Translations under genes and position numbers: made by a program
Source: Gemella bergeri ATCC 700627
GTDB lineage: Bacteria; Bacillota; Bacilli; Staphylococcales; Gemellaceae
Direction of reading: 5' to 3'
NCBI RefSeq assembly: GCF_000469465.1
Contig: NZ_KI271850.1
Coordinates: forward strand, 3,479 to 27,478
Length of the DNA: 24,000 bases
Shown: positions 1 through 9,857 of the stretch, one piece after another
Layout: each line of letters starts with the position of its first letter
Numbering within the stretch: position 1 is the first letter of the stretch
The notes under the pieces: generated by a model
What the model was told of the DNA's origin: nothing
What the model saw: only the letters and a program-made list of their open reading frames with translations
Databases searched by the model: none

Positions 1-465
1 TAGCGGTTTAAATCCTAAACCAACCAGCAATGCAGCTGTAATCGCAACGGGTGCACCAAATCCGGCAGCACCTTCTAAAAATGCACCAAATGAGAACGCA
101 ATAATTAATGCTTGAATACGTCTGTCATCTGTTAATGAAGTGATACTATCTCTGATAATATCAAAGTGACCACTCTTAACAGTCATTTTATATAAGAATA
201 CAGATGCTAAAATAATCCAACCAATCGGTAAAATACCGTATACCATACCGTGAATAGTTGAGAATGCAGCAAAATGGAATGGCATTTTAAAGAACAGACA
301 GGCTATAACAATAGCTACCACAAGAGTAAGTAACCCCGTTAGCCAACCTTTAACTTTGAATCCAGCAAGTGCCACTAAATAAAACACGATAGGAATCAAT
401 GCAATTAGTGCAGAAATATATAAATTATCAGCCACCGGCTGTAATATTTGAGTGAATTTTTCCAT
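1..465 (-). CDS. lctP: L-lactate permease (LctP/LldP family), N-terminal 155 codons; the gene runs off the left edge
   Basis: Not in the ORF track because it is truncated. Reverse-strand translation from the ATG at 465-463 gives MEKFTQILQPVADNLYISALIALIPIVFYLVALAGFKVKG...IIAFSFGAFLEGAAGFGAPVAITAALLVGLGFKPL. The FLEGAAGFGxPVAI block and the hydrophobic helices are typical of LctP-family permeases. AGGAG SD at 480-476. Confidence 0.85.
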   Translation of the reverse strand, partial: MEKFTQILQPVADNLYISALIALIPIVFYLVALAGFKVKGWLTGLLTLVVAIVIACLFFKMPFHFAAFSTIHGMVYGILPIGWIILASVFLYKMTVKSGHFDIIRDSITSLTDDRRIQALIIAFSFGAFLEGAAGFGAPVAITAALLVGLGFKPL

Positions 466-961
466 GAATACACTTCTCCTTTATAAAATATATTTTGTTT
501 ATATAAAGAAATCTGTTATAAATTTAAAAGATAAAACTTCAGGCACTATACTTAAATATTATATTAAAATTATGATATTTAAAATATAAATATTTTTCTT
601 AATTCTATAATTTAGTAATACAACAGTTTTTATCTGTTATATTATTTTTATTGTATTTTATCGAAAAAAACATAATAAAAATAGTTACCAAGCTACCATT
701 TTATCTTCAATTTTATTTACTGATTTCTTGACTTACAACTAATATTTTAGCACGCTTTCATAAAAATGTAAAGCGTTTTTTCGCTTGCTATGATAATATT
801 TTTAATAAAAACCTATAATATCAAAGAAAATAAATTGTTTTTTCTAAAAACAATAACTTTAACATTTTTATACTTTGTCATATTTTTTACCATCATATTT
901 TTTTAAAATTATTTCTTTTCTTGTATTTTCTAACATTTTTGATATTTTATATTTTTTCAAT

Positions 962-1001
962 AAAAAAATATATACTACAAATTTCTTGTAGTATATTTTT
1001 A
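962..1001. terminator. Intrinsic terminator downstream of smpB, bidirectional in appearance
   Basis: Perfect 11-bp stem atatactacaa (970-980) / ttgtagtatat (986-996) with loop atttc. It is flanked by an A-run (962-968) and a T-run (997-1000), so a U-tract follows on either strand. It lies 30 nt past the smpB stop. Confidence 0.7.
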
Positions 1002-1030
1002 TCACTAATTATATAATAATAAATATTTAT

Positions 1031-1486
1031 TTAATATTTTTGTTTATTTTTTAATGCTCTACTAATCTCTTTATTAGCTTCTTTTTGTTTAAGAACATGA
1101 CGTTTATCATAATTTTTCTTACCTTTAGCCACTCCGATAAGTAATTTGGCATAGCCATTTTTTATATATAATTTTAATGGAATTATGCTAATTCCCGCTT
1201 CATTTTGCTTATTTGTTAACATCGCTATTTGTTTCTTTTTTAACAATAATTTTCTTACACGTAAAGGATCATGGTTAAATCTATTTCCTTCTTCAAAATG
1301 AGAAATATGCATATTATAGGCGAACATTTCACCTTTTCTCGTTTGACAATACGAATCTTTTAAATTAACTCTGCCTCGACGTATTGATTTTATTTCTGTT
1401 CCTGTTAGCACTAACCCTGCTTCATAGGTTTCTTCAATAAAATAATCATGGGTTGCTTTTTTATTTTGTGCAATTACTCTATTCAT
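1031..1486 (-). CDS. smpB: SsrA-binding protein SmpB
   Basis: 151 aa beginning [36 protein letters not shown]...[20 protein letters not shown], a canonical SmpB sequence. Its ATG overlaps the rnr stop (ATGA at 1486-1483). Confidence 0.97.
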   Translation of the reverse strand: MNRVIAQNKKATHDYFIEETYEAGLVLTGTEIKSIRRGRVNLKDSYCQTRKGEMFAYNMHISHFEEGNRFNHDPLRVRKLLLKKKQIAMLTNKQNEAGISIIPLKLYIKNGYAKLLIGVAKGKKNYDKRHVLKQKEANKEISRALKNKQKY

Positions 1487-3627
1487 ATTTTTCTTCCTTT
1501 ACTTTTTCTCTTTTTAATTAACGGTCTATGCGTTAATATTTTAAAATCAATTTCCTGATTATCTACGTCAACATTCACCACTTTGACTATCACTTCATCA
1601 CCTAAGCGATATATTTTTTTATTTCTTCTACCTATTAAAAACATATTCTTTTCATCATATGTATAATAATCATCTGTCATCGCTTTAATATGAACTAAAC
1701 CTTCTATTGTATTTTCTAATGTAACGAATATTCCAAAATTTGTCACGCCTGATACCATGCCTCTAAATGTTCTCTCTTGATATTTAAGTATATATTCACA
1801 TTTTTTCATTCGATCTACATCTCTTTCACAATCAACCGCTCGTTTCTCATATTTCGATGATATTTCCGCTAAATAAGCGAGTTTTTCCGCATTATGAATA
1901 AGTGTTTTTTCAGAAACATCACCTTTAAATAAGTATGTTCTAATCATTCTATGTACCAATAAATCAGGATAACGTCGTATCGGCGATGTAAAATGCGTAT
2001 AATACTTTGCAGCTAATGCAAAATGCCCAATATTTTCTGTAGAATAACGTGCTTGATTCATAGTTCTTAACAATATCGTTGACAGCATCGGTTCAATAAC
2101 TTCGCCTTTAAATTTCCGTAGCATATTTGCAAGCATGTAAGGCTCAATCTCCTCAATATTACCCTTTACTCTATACCCAAAACTTGAAGCTATATCGAAA
2201 AACTGTCTTAATTTTTGAATTTTAGGTTCTTCATGTATGCGATAAATAAACGGTACTTGCATCCAATAAAAATGTTCTCCAATTACTTCATTTGCACTAA
2301 GCATAAAGTCTTCTATTAACCGCTCCGCTACTCCACGTTCTCTAGGAACTACATCTAACACATCGCCATTTTTGTCTACTACAATTTTCGATTCTATCTT
2401 GTCAAAATCAATTGCTCCGCGTTTTTCTCTATTATCACGAATCTTTTTTGATAACTCCAACGCAATTTTTAGTATTGGTGCATATTCTTTATATTCTTCT
2501 TTTTCCTTTTCACTATTATCATACAAAGCATTTACCTTTTTATATGTTAGTCTTCCCTTTGATTTTATTATAGCCGGATATATATCATAACTTTCCGGAT
2601 ACCCTTTATCGTTAAAATAAATATCGCAACAAATCGTATATCTAAGTACATGAGGATTTAGCGAACAAATTCCATTTGATAATTTTCTGGGAAGCATCGG
2701 CACCACACGATCAGCTAAATAAACACTACATCCACGTTTAGATGCCTCAATATCTAATAAAGAATTTTCCTCTACATAGCGACTTACATCTGCTATAAAT
2801 ACTTTTAATTGATAACCTTTTTTAGTTTTAGTCACTGAGATTGCATCATCTAAATCTTTTGCATCATCACCATCAATCGTAACAACCATTTCTTTTGTAC
2901 AATCTCTATACTTATCATCAAATGTTATTTTTTCGCTTATTGTCTCAGTTTCTTTAAGAACATCTTCCGGAAATTCATTGGGAATACCATATTTATAAAT
3001 AACAGATAATATATCTACCCCCGGATCATCTTTATGTCCCAATGACTTAATTATGATACCTTTATGATCTTCAAAATTTGTCGTTGCATATTCTGTTATT
3101 TCTACTAATACCTTTGTTCCATCTACCAAATTAAAATTCTTACCGTTTAGTATTTTTATATACTTTACTATATTTTTATCATCACTTTTAACAAACGAAA
3201 ACATTCTGGCATTGGTAAGTATACCAACCGTATATTTAGTATTCCGCTCCAATACCTTTTTGACAATCCCTTCAAAGTTACGTCTATCCTTATAAGAACT
3301 ATCAATCTCAATAAGCACGCTATCTCCTGTCATAGCATCCTTAGTAAAACCTTTAGGTATGTAAACTTCTATGTCTAACCTTTCAATATAAACAAAAGCA
3401 AATCCTTTGGGATTTAAACGAATTATACCTTCAATTTTTAATTTTTCTTCCATATATAAGAATTTTTCGTTAGGTAATTGAATAATAATCGCCCTTTGTT
3501 CCAGCTTTTCTAAGCATTTTACCAATTCTACAAAAGTTTTTGCTGATGAAACGGCTAATTTTTCTTTCAAATCATCAATACTTAATACACCATATTTTTT
3601 AAACAATTTTAATATATTGTCTAACAT
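1483..3627 (-). CDS. rnr: Ribonuclease R (RNB family 3'-5' exoribonuclease with C-terminal S1 domain)
   Basis: RNB-domain motifs ([32 protein letters not shown]) and an S1 domain ([25 protein letters not shown]). I place the start at ATG 3627 ([11 protein letters not shown]), preceded by AAGGAGG at 3638-3632. The 14-codon extension in the ORF track runs into the secG terminator hairpin. Confidence 0.95.
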   Translation of the reverse strand: MLDNILKLFKKYGVLSIDDLKEKLAVSSAKTFVELVKCLEKLEQRAIIIQLPNEKFLYMEEKLKIEGIIRLNPKGFAFVYIERLDIEVYIPKGFTKDAMTGDSVLIEIDSSYKDRRNFEGIVKKVLERNTKYTVGILTNARMFSFVKSDDKNIVKYIKILNGKNFNLVDGTKVLVEITEYATTNFEDHKGIIIKSLGHKDDPGVDILSVIYKYGIPNEFPEDVLKETETISEKITFDDKYRDCTKEMVVTIDGDDAKDLDDAISVTKTKKGYQLKVFIADVSRYVEENSLLDIEASKRGCSVYLADRVVPMLPRKLSNGICSLNPHVLRYTICCDIYFNDKGYPESYDIYPAIIKSKGRLTYKKVNALYDNSEKEKEEYKEYAPILKIALELSKKIRDNREKRGAIDFDKIESKIVVDKNGDVLDVVPRERGVAERLIEDFMLSANEVIGEHFYWMQVPFIYRIHEEPKIQKLRQFFDIASSFGYRVKGNIEEIEPYMLANMLRKFKGEVIEPMLSTILLRTMNQARYSTENIGHFALAAKYYTHFTSPIRRYPDLLVHRMIRTYLFKGDVSEKTLIHNAEKLAYLAEISSKYEKRAVDCERDVDRMKKCEYILKYQERTFRGMVSGVTNFGIFVTLENTIEGLVHIKAMTDDYYTYDEKNMFLIGRRNKKIYRLGDEVIVKVVNVDVDNQEIDFKILTHRPLIKKRKSKGRKI

Positions 3628-3640
3628 CTTTCCCTCCTTA

Positions 3641-3679
3641 ATAAAAATAACCCTAAAATGAAATTTCACTTTAGGGTTA
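3641..3679 (-). terminator. Intrinsic terminator after secG, immediately upstream of the rnr SD
   Basis: Perfect 10-bp stem taaccctaaa (3648-3657) / tttagggtta (3670-3679), followed on the minus strand by TTTTTAT (3647-3641). It starts 9 nt after the secG stop. Confidence 0.75.
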
Positions 3680-3687
3680 CATTATTG

Positions 3688-3918
3688 TTATAATTTTAAC
3701 CAAGTAAGGCACACTAGCGATATAAAGAATATTAATCCTAATACAATTGTTATTCTTTGTAAAACTAACTCAGCACCTCTTACTTTTTGTTTACCGAACA
3801 GTTCTTCGGCACCACCAGTTAAACCAGATAAACCACCTGACTTACTTTCTTGAAGTAGTACTACAATTATTATTAAAATACTGCTCAATATTGCTACTGT
3901 CATTAAAAAAGTGTGCAT
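3688..3918 (-). CDS. secG: Preprotein translocase subunit SecG
   Basis: 76 aa with two TM segments and the conserved LLQESKSGGLSGLTGGAEELFG core. SD AGGAGGAG lies upstream of ATG 3918. Confidence 0.93.
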   Translation of the reverse strand: MHTFLMTVAILSSILIIIVVLLQESKSGGLSGLTGGAEELFGKQKVRGAELVLQRITIVLGLIFFISLVCLTWLKL

Positions 3919-3960
3919 ACTCTCCTCCTAAAATAATCATCTATTAATACAATACAATTA

Positions 3961-3989
3961 ATCATAACATACTTTTTTATAAAAAGCAA
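3961..3989 (-). promoter_or_regulatory. Putative sigma-A promoter for secG
   Basis: Minus strand: TTGCTT (3989-3984), 17-nt spacer, then extended -10 TGtTATGAT (TATGAT = 3966-3961). Confidence 0.45.
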
Positions 3990-3992
3990 ATC

Positions 3993-5060
3993 TTATTGTA
4001 CTATCTTGGTAAATATTATTCGCCCCGATGATGTTTGTAAAACGCTTTGGACTTCTACTTCCACTGTCTTTCCTACATGACGTTTCCCATTTTCGACAAC
4101 AATCATCGTACCGTCTTCTGTATATGCTACCCCTTGATTATTTTCTTTTCCTTCTCTTAATACATTGACTTTCAAACGTTCACCCGTTGTTAATATAGGT
4201 TTTACAGCGTTGGATAAGTCATTCACATTTAAAACTTTTATAGATTGTAACGTGGCAAGTTTATTCAAATTATAATCTGTCGTAATAATTGCACATTTGT
4301 ATTTCAACGCATAATCTATAAGTAAATTGTCTACACCTTTATGTTCATTATAAGTATACTTATTATCTATTTCCAATTCTATTTCTTTCATGTTTTTTAA
4401 TTCTTCAACGCAATCCAATCCTAAACGTCCTTTAGCTCGTTTTAATGGTTCCTCAGAATCGGAAATTAATTGTAATTCTTTAAGTACAAAGTCGGGAACA
4501 ATAATTTTCCCTTCTAAAAATCCTGTTTTAGCAACATCATGTATTCTTGAGTCAATTAAAGCACTTGTATCAATTATTTTAGTTAAAACATCTAAACTTT
4601 TTTTAGATTTAGAACGAGTTTCTTTATTTTTGTTTCCAATTTTAAACGCCGTAAAAATATTAACAAATTCTCCTCCACGACGATAACCTATTACAAGTCC
4701 TAAATAACCGCAAACTATATATATCACAGCTGATATAATCCTTCCCATTATTCCGGAACCTGCTATAACGTCAACTCCTGCTGATAACAACATCGCAAGC
4801 AGAAGTCCCAGTATCAATCCGATAGTGGTAAAAACTATCTTTTGAATTGGTGTTTTTGATAATCGCTCTTCTATAGCACTCATCGCTGTTACAAATCTAT
4901 TAGAAAACAATAAAGACACTATTAAAAAAATTAAAGCTGTACCGATTGTAACAATCAATCTTAAGCTAGTTTCACTAAGCGACGAAAATACTTCATAGGT
5001 TATTAATGCTGATGTTATTAATGTACCTACCGTTATTCCAAGTAATAGCGAAACTATCAT
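3993..5060 (-). CDS. yacL: PIN/TRAM-domain membrane protein (YacL family)
   Basis: 355 aa: N-terminal TM helices, then a PIN domain (KIIDTSALIDSRIHDVAKTGFLEG...ITTDYNLNK) and a C-terminal TRAM domain (NQGVAYTEDGTMIVVENG...VLQTSSGRIIFTK). It sits after radA as in Bacilli. The true start may be ATG 5077 (see findings). Confidence 0.88.
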   Translation of the reverse strand: MIVSLLLGITVGTLITSALITYEVFSSLSETSLRLIVTIGTALIFLIVSLLFSNRFVTAMSAIEERLSKTPIQKIVFTTIGLILGLLLAMLLSAGVDVIAGSGIMGRIISAVIYIVCGYLGLVIGYRRGGEFVNIFTAFKIGNKNKETRSKSKKSLDVLTKIIDTSALIDSRIHDVAKTGFLEGKIIVPDFVLKELQLISDSEEPLKRAKGRLGLDCVEELKNMKEIELEIDNKYTYNEHKGVDNLLIDYALKYKCAIITTDYNLNKLATLQSIKVLNVNDLSNAVKPILTTGERLKVNVLREGKENNQGVAYTEDGTMIVVENGKRHVGKTVEVEVQSVLQTSSGRIIFTKIVQ

Positions 5061-5419
5061 TAATACTTTTTTAACATATGACCACTCCTTTTTTTAAAAA
5101 TTTATAGTTCTATTCTACTACATTCAGTTAAAAATTAATATAATTTTATTCAAAAATTTTAAAATTTTTTCTAATTTTATACTTTTTGCGAGTTCAACTC
5201 AAAATCGTGATTTTATTAGAAATCAATTTCGTAGGGTCGTCCCCACATAGTTCATTAAATTCTAGGAAAATTTTTAAGAGTATTGCAAAGAAATGAACCA
5301 CTGCATTTGACTACCAATAGGCAAATTCTATTAAAATTTTTAACTTTTGGATTAAACTTATAACAATTATATACTTTTCTCTTAATAATTCATATGTTAT
5401 GTAATATTATCTACATTTA

Positions 5420-5451
5420 TTACAAAATCGTAGAGCATTTTGCCCTACGAT
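5420..5451 (-). terminator. Probable intrinsic terminator after radA
   Basis: Stem atcgtagagc (5427-5436) / gccctacgat (5442-5451), 10 bp with one mismatch, loop atttt. Followed on the minus strand by TTTTGTAAT. It starts 5 nt past the radA stop. Confidence 0.55.
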
Positions 5452-5455
5452 ATTA

Positions 5456-6839
5456 TTAAAATATATTTTTAAATGCTATGTCTAAACATTGTCTAATGTC
5501 TTTAACGGGAATTATTTCTATTTCTTTTGGAAATTCTGAATTTTTGATATTGCTTGAAGGAATAATTACACGTTTAAAACCATGTTTTTTAGCTTCATTA
5601 ATGCGCTGTTCTATTCTACTAACACGACGCACTTCTCCGGTTAGACCGACTTCTCCTATAAAACAATCATTCATATCAACCGCAATATCTTTGAAACTGG
5701 AAGCAACCGCCATTATAACACCAAGATCTACTGCCGGATCATCTATTTTAACCCCACCGGATACCTTAACATAAACATCTTGCTGTTGCAATAAATATCC
5801 TGCTCGTTTTTCCAATACAGCCATTAATAATACCAACTTGTTATACTCCAATCCGGTTGATACACGTCGTGGATTATTAAATGCTGTCGGTGTTGTTAAC
5901 GCCTGAATTTCCACTAAAAGAGGACGACTCCCTTCCATTGTGCTAATAATCGTTGCCCCTGCTAAATCTTTACTTCGTTCTTCTAAAAACATTCGAGATG
6001 GATTTTCTAAATCATGTAACCCGCTTGATTTCATCTCAAAAATACCGATTTCATTCGTTGAACCGAATCGATTTTTAACAGCACGCAAAATACGATAACT
6101 ATGCTGACTCTCACCTTCAAAATACAAGACGGTATCAACCATGTGTTCTAACATTCTAGGTCCTGCTATCGTACCTTCTTTTGTAACATGACCAACTATA
6201 AAAATTGCAATATTTAAACTCTTTGCCATTTTCATTAACTGCTGCGTACATTCCCTTACCTGTGTGATACTACCGGGAGAATTTTCCAAACTCGGATTAT
6301 ATATAGTTTGAATTGAATCAATAACTAAAAACTGAGGTTTTATTTTTTTTTACTACCTGATAAATTAAATTAAGATCTGTTTGTGCATAAACATAAAGTT
6401 CATCCGTATTGTTTTTTAATCTATCCGCTCTAATTTTCACCTGTCTTACAGATTCTTCTCCTGTGACATAAAGCACATTATGTTCTTTTGCTAAATAGGC
6501 TGAAATTTGTAACAATAGTGTTGATTTCCCTATACCGGGATCTCCTCCCAGTAAGACTAATGATCCTCCAACTACTCCCCCTCCAAGCACTCTGTTTAAT
6601 TCTCCGCTATCGGTCAGCGTTCTTGGAACATCTTTAGTAGAAACTGTTTTTAGTTTCCCGGCTTCTACTCGTTGTACTTTCGTTTCTTCTGTACGATATT
6701 CAGCATGTTTACTCTTTACTTTTGATTCAACAACTTCTTCTAACGATCCCCATTTTGAACATTTCGGACATTTACCTAGATATTTTAAACTTTGATAACC
6801 ACAGGCATTACATTCATATTTTACATTTATCTTTGCCAT
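5456..6839 (-). pseudogene. radA: DNA repair protein RadA/Sms; reading frame broken by one extra base in an A9 run (6343-6351)
   Basis: The 5' ORF 6839-6318 carries the Zn-ribbon (CNACGYQ...CPKC) and Walker A (GGDPGIGKSTLLLQ). The 3' frame is open from 6349 and reads [35 protein letters not shown]...KNRFGSTNE...Lon-like C-domain. Together the two parts make one RadA of about 460 aa. Confidence 0.9.
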
Positions 6840-6841
6840 AA

Positions 6842-9316
6842 TTACCCCTTAGTTTTCTTTATCATAAACTTATCATTTTTATAATCAATGTTGATTACAC
6901 CCGTTATATCCGGATTTTTCAACAATTCTTCACTTAATAAATCTTCTATATTTTTTTGAATACTACGTTTAAGAGGTCTTGCACCATATTCTTTTATACT
7001 ACCATCTTCAACGATTTTTGACATCGCTTTTTTGGTTAGTTTAATTGTTATATTTTTATCGACTAAACGTTTTGATAAACCGGCTATTAATAGTTCAGAT
7101 ATTTGTTCCAACTCTTCTTTCTCAAGTGTTTTAAAAACAATAATATCATCAATACGATTTAAAAATTCGGGACGATATTGTTTTTTTAATGCTTCCATCA
7201 TTGTATTCTGAACATTTTTATAATCATTTTTAATTGATTCACTGCCACCAAAACCGACAAATTTTTGATCTTTTAATTCACTAACCCCCACATTTGATGT
7301 CATTATAATAATGGTATTTTTGAAATCAACTGTTCTACCGGCAGCATCTGTCAAACGTCCGTCATCAAGAACTTGCAATAGAATATTAAAAATTGATGGA
7401 TGCGCTTTTTCTATCTCATCAAACAACACTACTGAATACGGTTTTTGGCGCACTTTTTCTGATAGTTGACCTGCATCTTCATAGCCAACATATCCCGGAG
7501 GTGCTCCGATTAAACGACTGATTGAATGTGATTCCATATATTCGCTCATATCAATACGAATCATATTATCCTCTGAACTAAACAGTGCTTCCGATAGACT
7601 TTTTGCAAGTTCTGTTTTACCGACACCCGTAGGTCCAAGGAAAATAAAGCTACCAATCGGTCTATTTTCTGCTTTAAAACCGCTTCTTGCGCGGCGAACG
7701 GCTTTTGCTAAACTTGTAACAGCTTCATCCTGCCCGATAACTCGCTTATGTAAAATTTCTTCCAGTTTTAGTAGTTTTTCACTTTCCGTTTCTGTCAGTT
7801 TTGTTACCGGAACCCCTGTCCAACCTGCTAATACCTCAGCGATATGATCTGCATTAATCTGAATTTTTTCTTTTGTTAGATTATCCTGCCATGAAATTTT
7901 GAATTGTTCAATTTTTTGAATAATTTTATTTACTTCATCACGTTTTTTCGCAGCTATTTCAAATTCTTGATTAATTACAGCTCTATCCTTCTCTTTATTT
8001 AAACGACTTAATTCTTCTTCATATTGTTTTAATTTTTCCGGTGATTTGTAAAAACGTAATTTAACTTTTGAACAAGCCTCATCAATTAGATCTATCGCTT
8101 TATCCGGTAAACAGCGATCCGGAATATATGTTGAACTAAGTTTAACCGCTGTTTCTAATGCTTTATCTAATATTTCAACATTATGATGTTCTTCATATTT
8201 ATGTTTTAAACCTTTTAGTATCATAATTGCATTTTCTATATCCGGTTCTTCTACTTTAATCGGTTGAAAACGACGTTCCAACGCAGCATCTTTCTCAAAA
8301 TATTTACGATATTCTTCTGTTGTTGTCGCTCCAATACATTGGATTATGCCACGTGATAATGCCGGTTTTAAAATATTTGATGCATCTGCACTTCCTTCAG
8401 TACCGCCCGCTCCGATAATAGTATGAATCTCATCAATAAAGAGAATAATATTCCCCGCTTCTTCAATTTCTGAAATAATATTTTTTAAACGTTCTTCAAA
8501 TTCACCACGATACTTCGTACCGGCTAGCAAAGATCCCATATCCAAGACCATAACTCGCTTACCTAGTAAATTACTTGGTACATCTTGAGAAACAATTCGT
8601 TGCGCCAACCCTTCTACTATTGCAGTTTTACCGACACCCGGTTCTCCAATTAGCACCGGATTATTTTTTGTTCTTCTATTTAATATTTCAATCATACGTG
8701 TAATTTCTTTGTCACGTGCTAACACCGGATCAAGTTTGTTATCTAACGCATCTTTCGTTAAATCTTTAGCCAAGCTATTCAATATTTTTGTTTTTTCAGA
8801 ATTATCTTCTACTACATCCACTTTTTTAAAACCGTCAAATAATTTTGAGAATAATCCTTGGCTTTGTTTAACCAATTCAAATAATTCTGTTATTAGAACA
8901 TCGGTATTTATATTCAGTTTATCGGTTAATAATCTAACTGCCGTACTATTTTGTTCATTTAGCAATGATAACAATAAATGTTCACTGGTTACGACAAAAC
9001 TTGATGTATCATCAGCAAACTGTTGACTTTTTTCTATCGTTCTTACCGCACCGTTTGTATAATCAATTTTCATCAAAACATTGCGATAAAAATCCGTCCC
9101 TTCAAGCTCGGTTTCATAAAAATCTAATACATCTTTCCTAAAGTCATCATAATATACGCCATATTTATTTAATGTTTTACAAGAAAGTGTATTACTTAAA
9201 CTCAACATCGCCAATAATAAATGCTCTGTTCCTACAGCTTTAACACCAAAATCATTTGCTTCTTCTTTTGCTGTTGTTAAAACTATAAGGGCAGTTTCGT
9301 TAAATCTTATATACAT
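6842..9316 (-). CDS. clpC: ATP-dependent Clp protease ATP-binding subunit ClpC (class III stress gene)
   Basis: 824 aa with Clp_N repeats, two AAA+ modules ([15 protein letters not shown]; [14 protein letters not shown]) and a UVR-like linker ([10 protein letters not shown]). It lies directly downstream of ctsR. Confidence 0.96.
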   Translation of the reverse strand: MYIRFNETALIVLTTAKEEANDFGVKAVGTEHLLLAMLSLSNTLSCKTLNKYGVYYDDFRKDVLDFYETELEGTDFYRNVLMKIDYTNGAVRTIEKSQQFADDTSSFVVTSEHLLLSLLNEQNSTAVRLLTDKLNINTDVLITELFELVKQSQGLFSKLFDGFKKVDVVEDNSEKTKILNSLAKDLTKDALDNKLDPVLARDKEITRMIEILNRRTKNNPVLIGEPGVGKTAIVEGLAQRIVSQDVPSNLLGKRVMVLDMGSLLAGTKYRGEFEERLKNIISEIEEAGNIILFIDEIHTIIGAGGTEGSADASNILKPALSRGIIQCIGATTTEEYRKYFEKDAALERRFQPIKVEEPDIENAIMILKGLKHKYEEHHNVEILDKALETAVKLSSTYIPDRCLPDKAIDLIDEACSKVKLRFYKSPEKLKQYEEELSRLNKEKDRAVINQEFEIAAKKRDEVNKIIQKIEQFKISWQDNLTKEKIQINADHIAEVLAGWTGVPVTKLTETESEKLLKLEEILHKRVIGQDEAVTSLAKAVRRARSGFKAENRPIGSFIFLGPTGVGKTELAKSLSEALFSSEDNMIRIDMSEYMESHSISRLIGAPPGYVGYEDAGQLSEKVRQKPYSVVLFDEIEKAHPSIFNILLQVLDDGRLTDAAGRTVDFKNTIIIMTSNVGVSELKDQKFVGFGGSESIKNDYKNVQNTMMEALKKQYRPEFLNRIDDIIVFKTLEKEELEQISELLIAGLSKRLVDKNITIKLTKKAMSKIVEDGSIKEYGARPLKRSIQKNIEDLLSEELLKNPDITGVINIDYKNDKFMIKKTKG

Positions 9317-9320
9317 TGCA

Positions 9321-9842
9321 TTACCCTCTCTTATTATATTTTATATTTGTTAAAAATTTAATCATTAAATTTCTTAATTGTGCTTTGGTGGCATATTGCA
9401 TTTTTTGGGCAACTTCATCACTAATTGCCAACTCAAGAAATTGATTATGAACATCAGTTACAGTTTCTACACTATTGATAAAATGGTTATAGTCAAATTT
9501 ATCGATATATTCTTTATCTAATAAAATTTTTGTTATACGAATTGCTTCATCTATTTCTATTATATCAGTAGGTAAATTATCAATTAAATAGTCCAAGTAG
9601 TCTGTACCTGTGTGTAATGTGATTTTCGTAATACGAATAAAACCTCCACCCCCACGTTTACTTTCAATAATAAAACCATGCTCAGGCGTAAAGCGGGTCT
9701 TTATCACATAATTTAACTGTGAAGGAACACAATCAAACTTTTGGGCTACATTACTTCTTTTTATTGTTATATAGTCTTCCGTAGATTTATTGAATAATTC
9801 TTTAATATATTGCTCAAGTATATCCGTCATATTATTATTCAT
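9321..9842 (-). CDS. ctsR: Transcriptional repressor CtsR
   Basis: 173 aa. The SQLNYVIKTRFTPEHGFIIESKRGGGGFIRITK block is the CtsR HTH/glycine-rich signature. SD GGAGG lies 7 nt upstream of ATG 9842. Confidence 0.95.
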   Translation of the reverse strand: MNNNMTDILEQYIKELFNKSTEDYITIKRSNVAQKFDCVPSQLNYVIKTRFTPEHGFIIESKRGGGGFIRITKITLHTGTDYLDYLIDNLPTDIIEIDEAIRITKILLDKEYIDKFDYNHFINSVETVTDVHNQFLELAISDEVAQKMQYATKAQLRNLMIKFLTNIKYNKRG

Positions 9843-9857
9843 AAGCCCACCTCCTTT

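Noticed and set aside
2372-2590. The plus-strand 72-aa ORF here, together with the similar ORFs embedded opposite recognised genes: 3747-3947, 4390-4686, 5478-5774, 8709-9026, 11809-11994, 12768-12983, 13355-13648, 13872-14153, 18484-18684, 19060-19401, 20436-20687, 21697-21987 and 22210-22470.
   Set aside because: Each lies entirely opposite a strongly recognisable conserved gene. None has an SD-like sequence. All translate to low-complexity S/F/L/I/K-rich strings typical of antisense frames in AT-rich DNA. There is no evidence for overlapping genes.
3628-3669. 14-codon N-terminal extension of rnr in the ORF track (MKFHFRVIFIKEGK).
   Set aside because: The extension is made of the secG terminator hairpin and the rnr SD. 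The ATG at 3627 has a properly spaced AAGGAGG.
5238-5260. The minus-strand sequence GGGGACGACCC..., reminiscent of a tmRNA 5' end (GGGGACG).
   Set aside because: No following TTCGAC acceptor or T-arm elements, no tag reading frame, and no CCA-proximal 3' end anywhere nearby. The similarity is limited to 7 nt.
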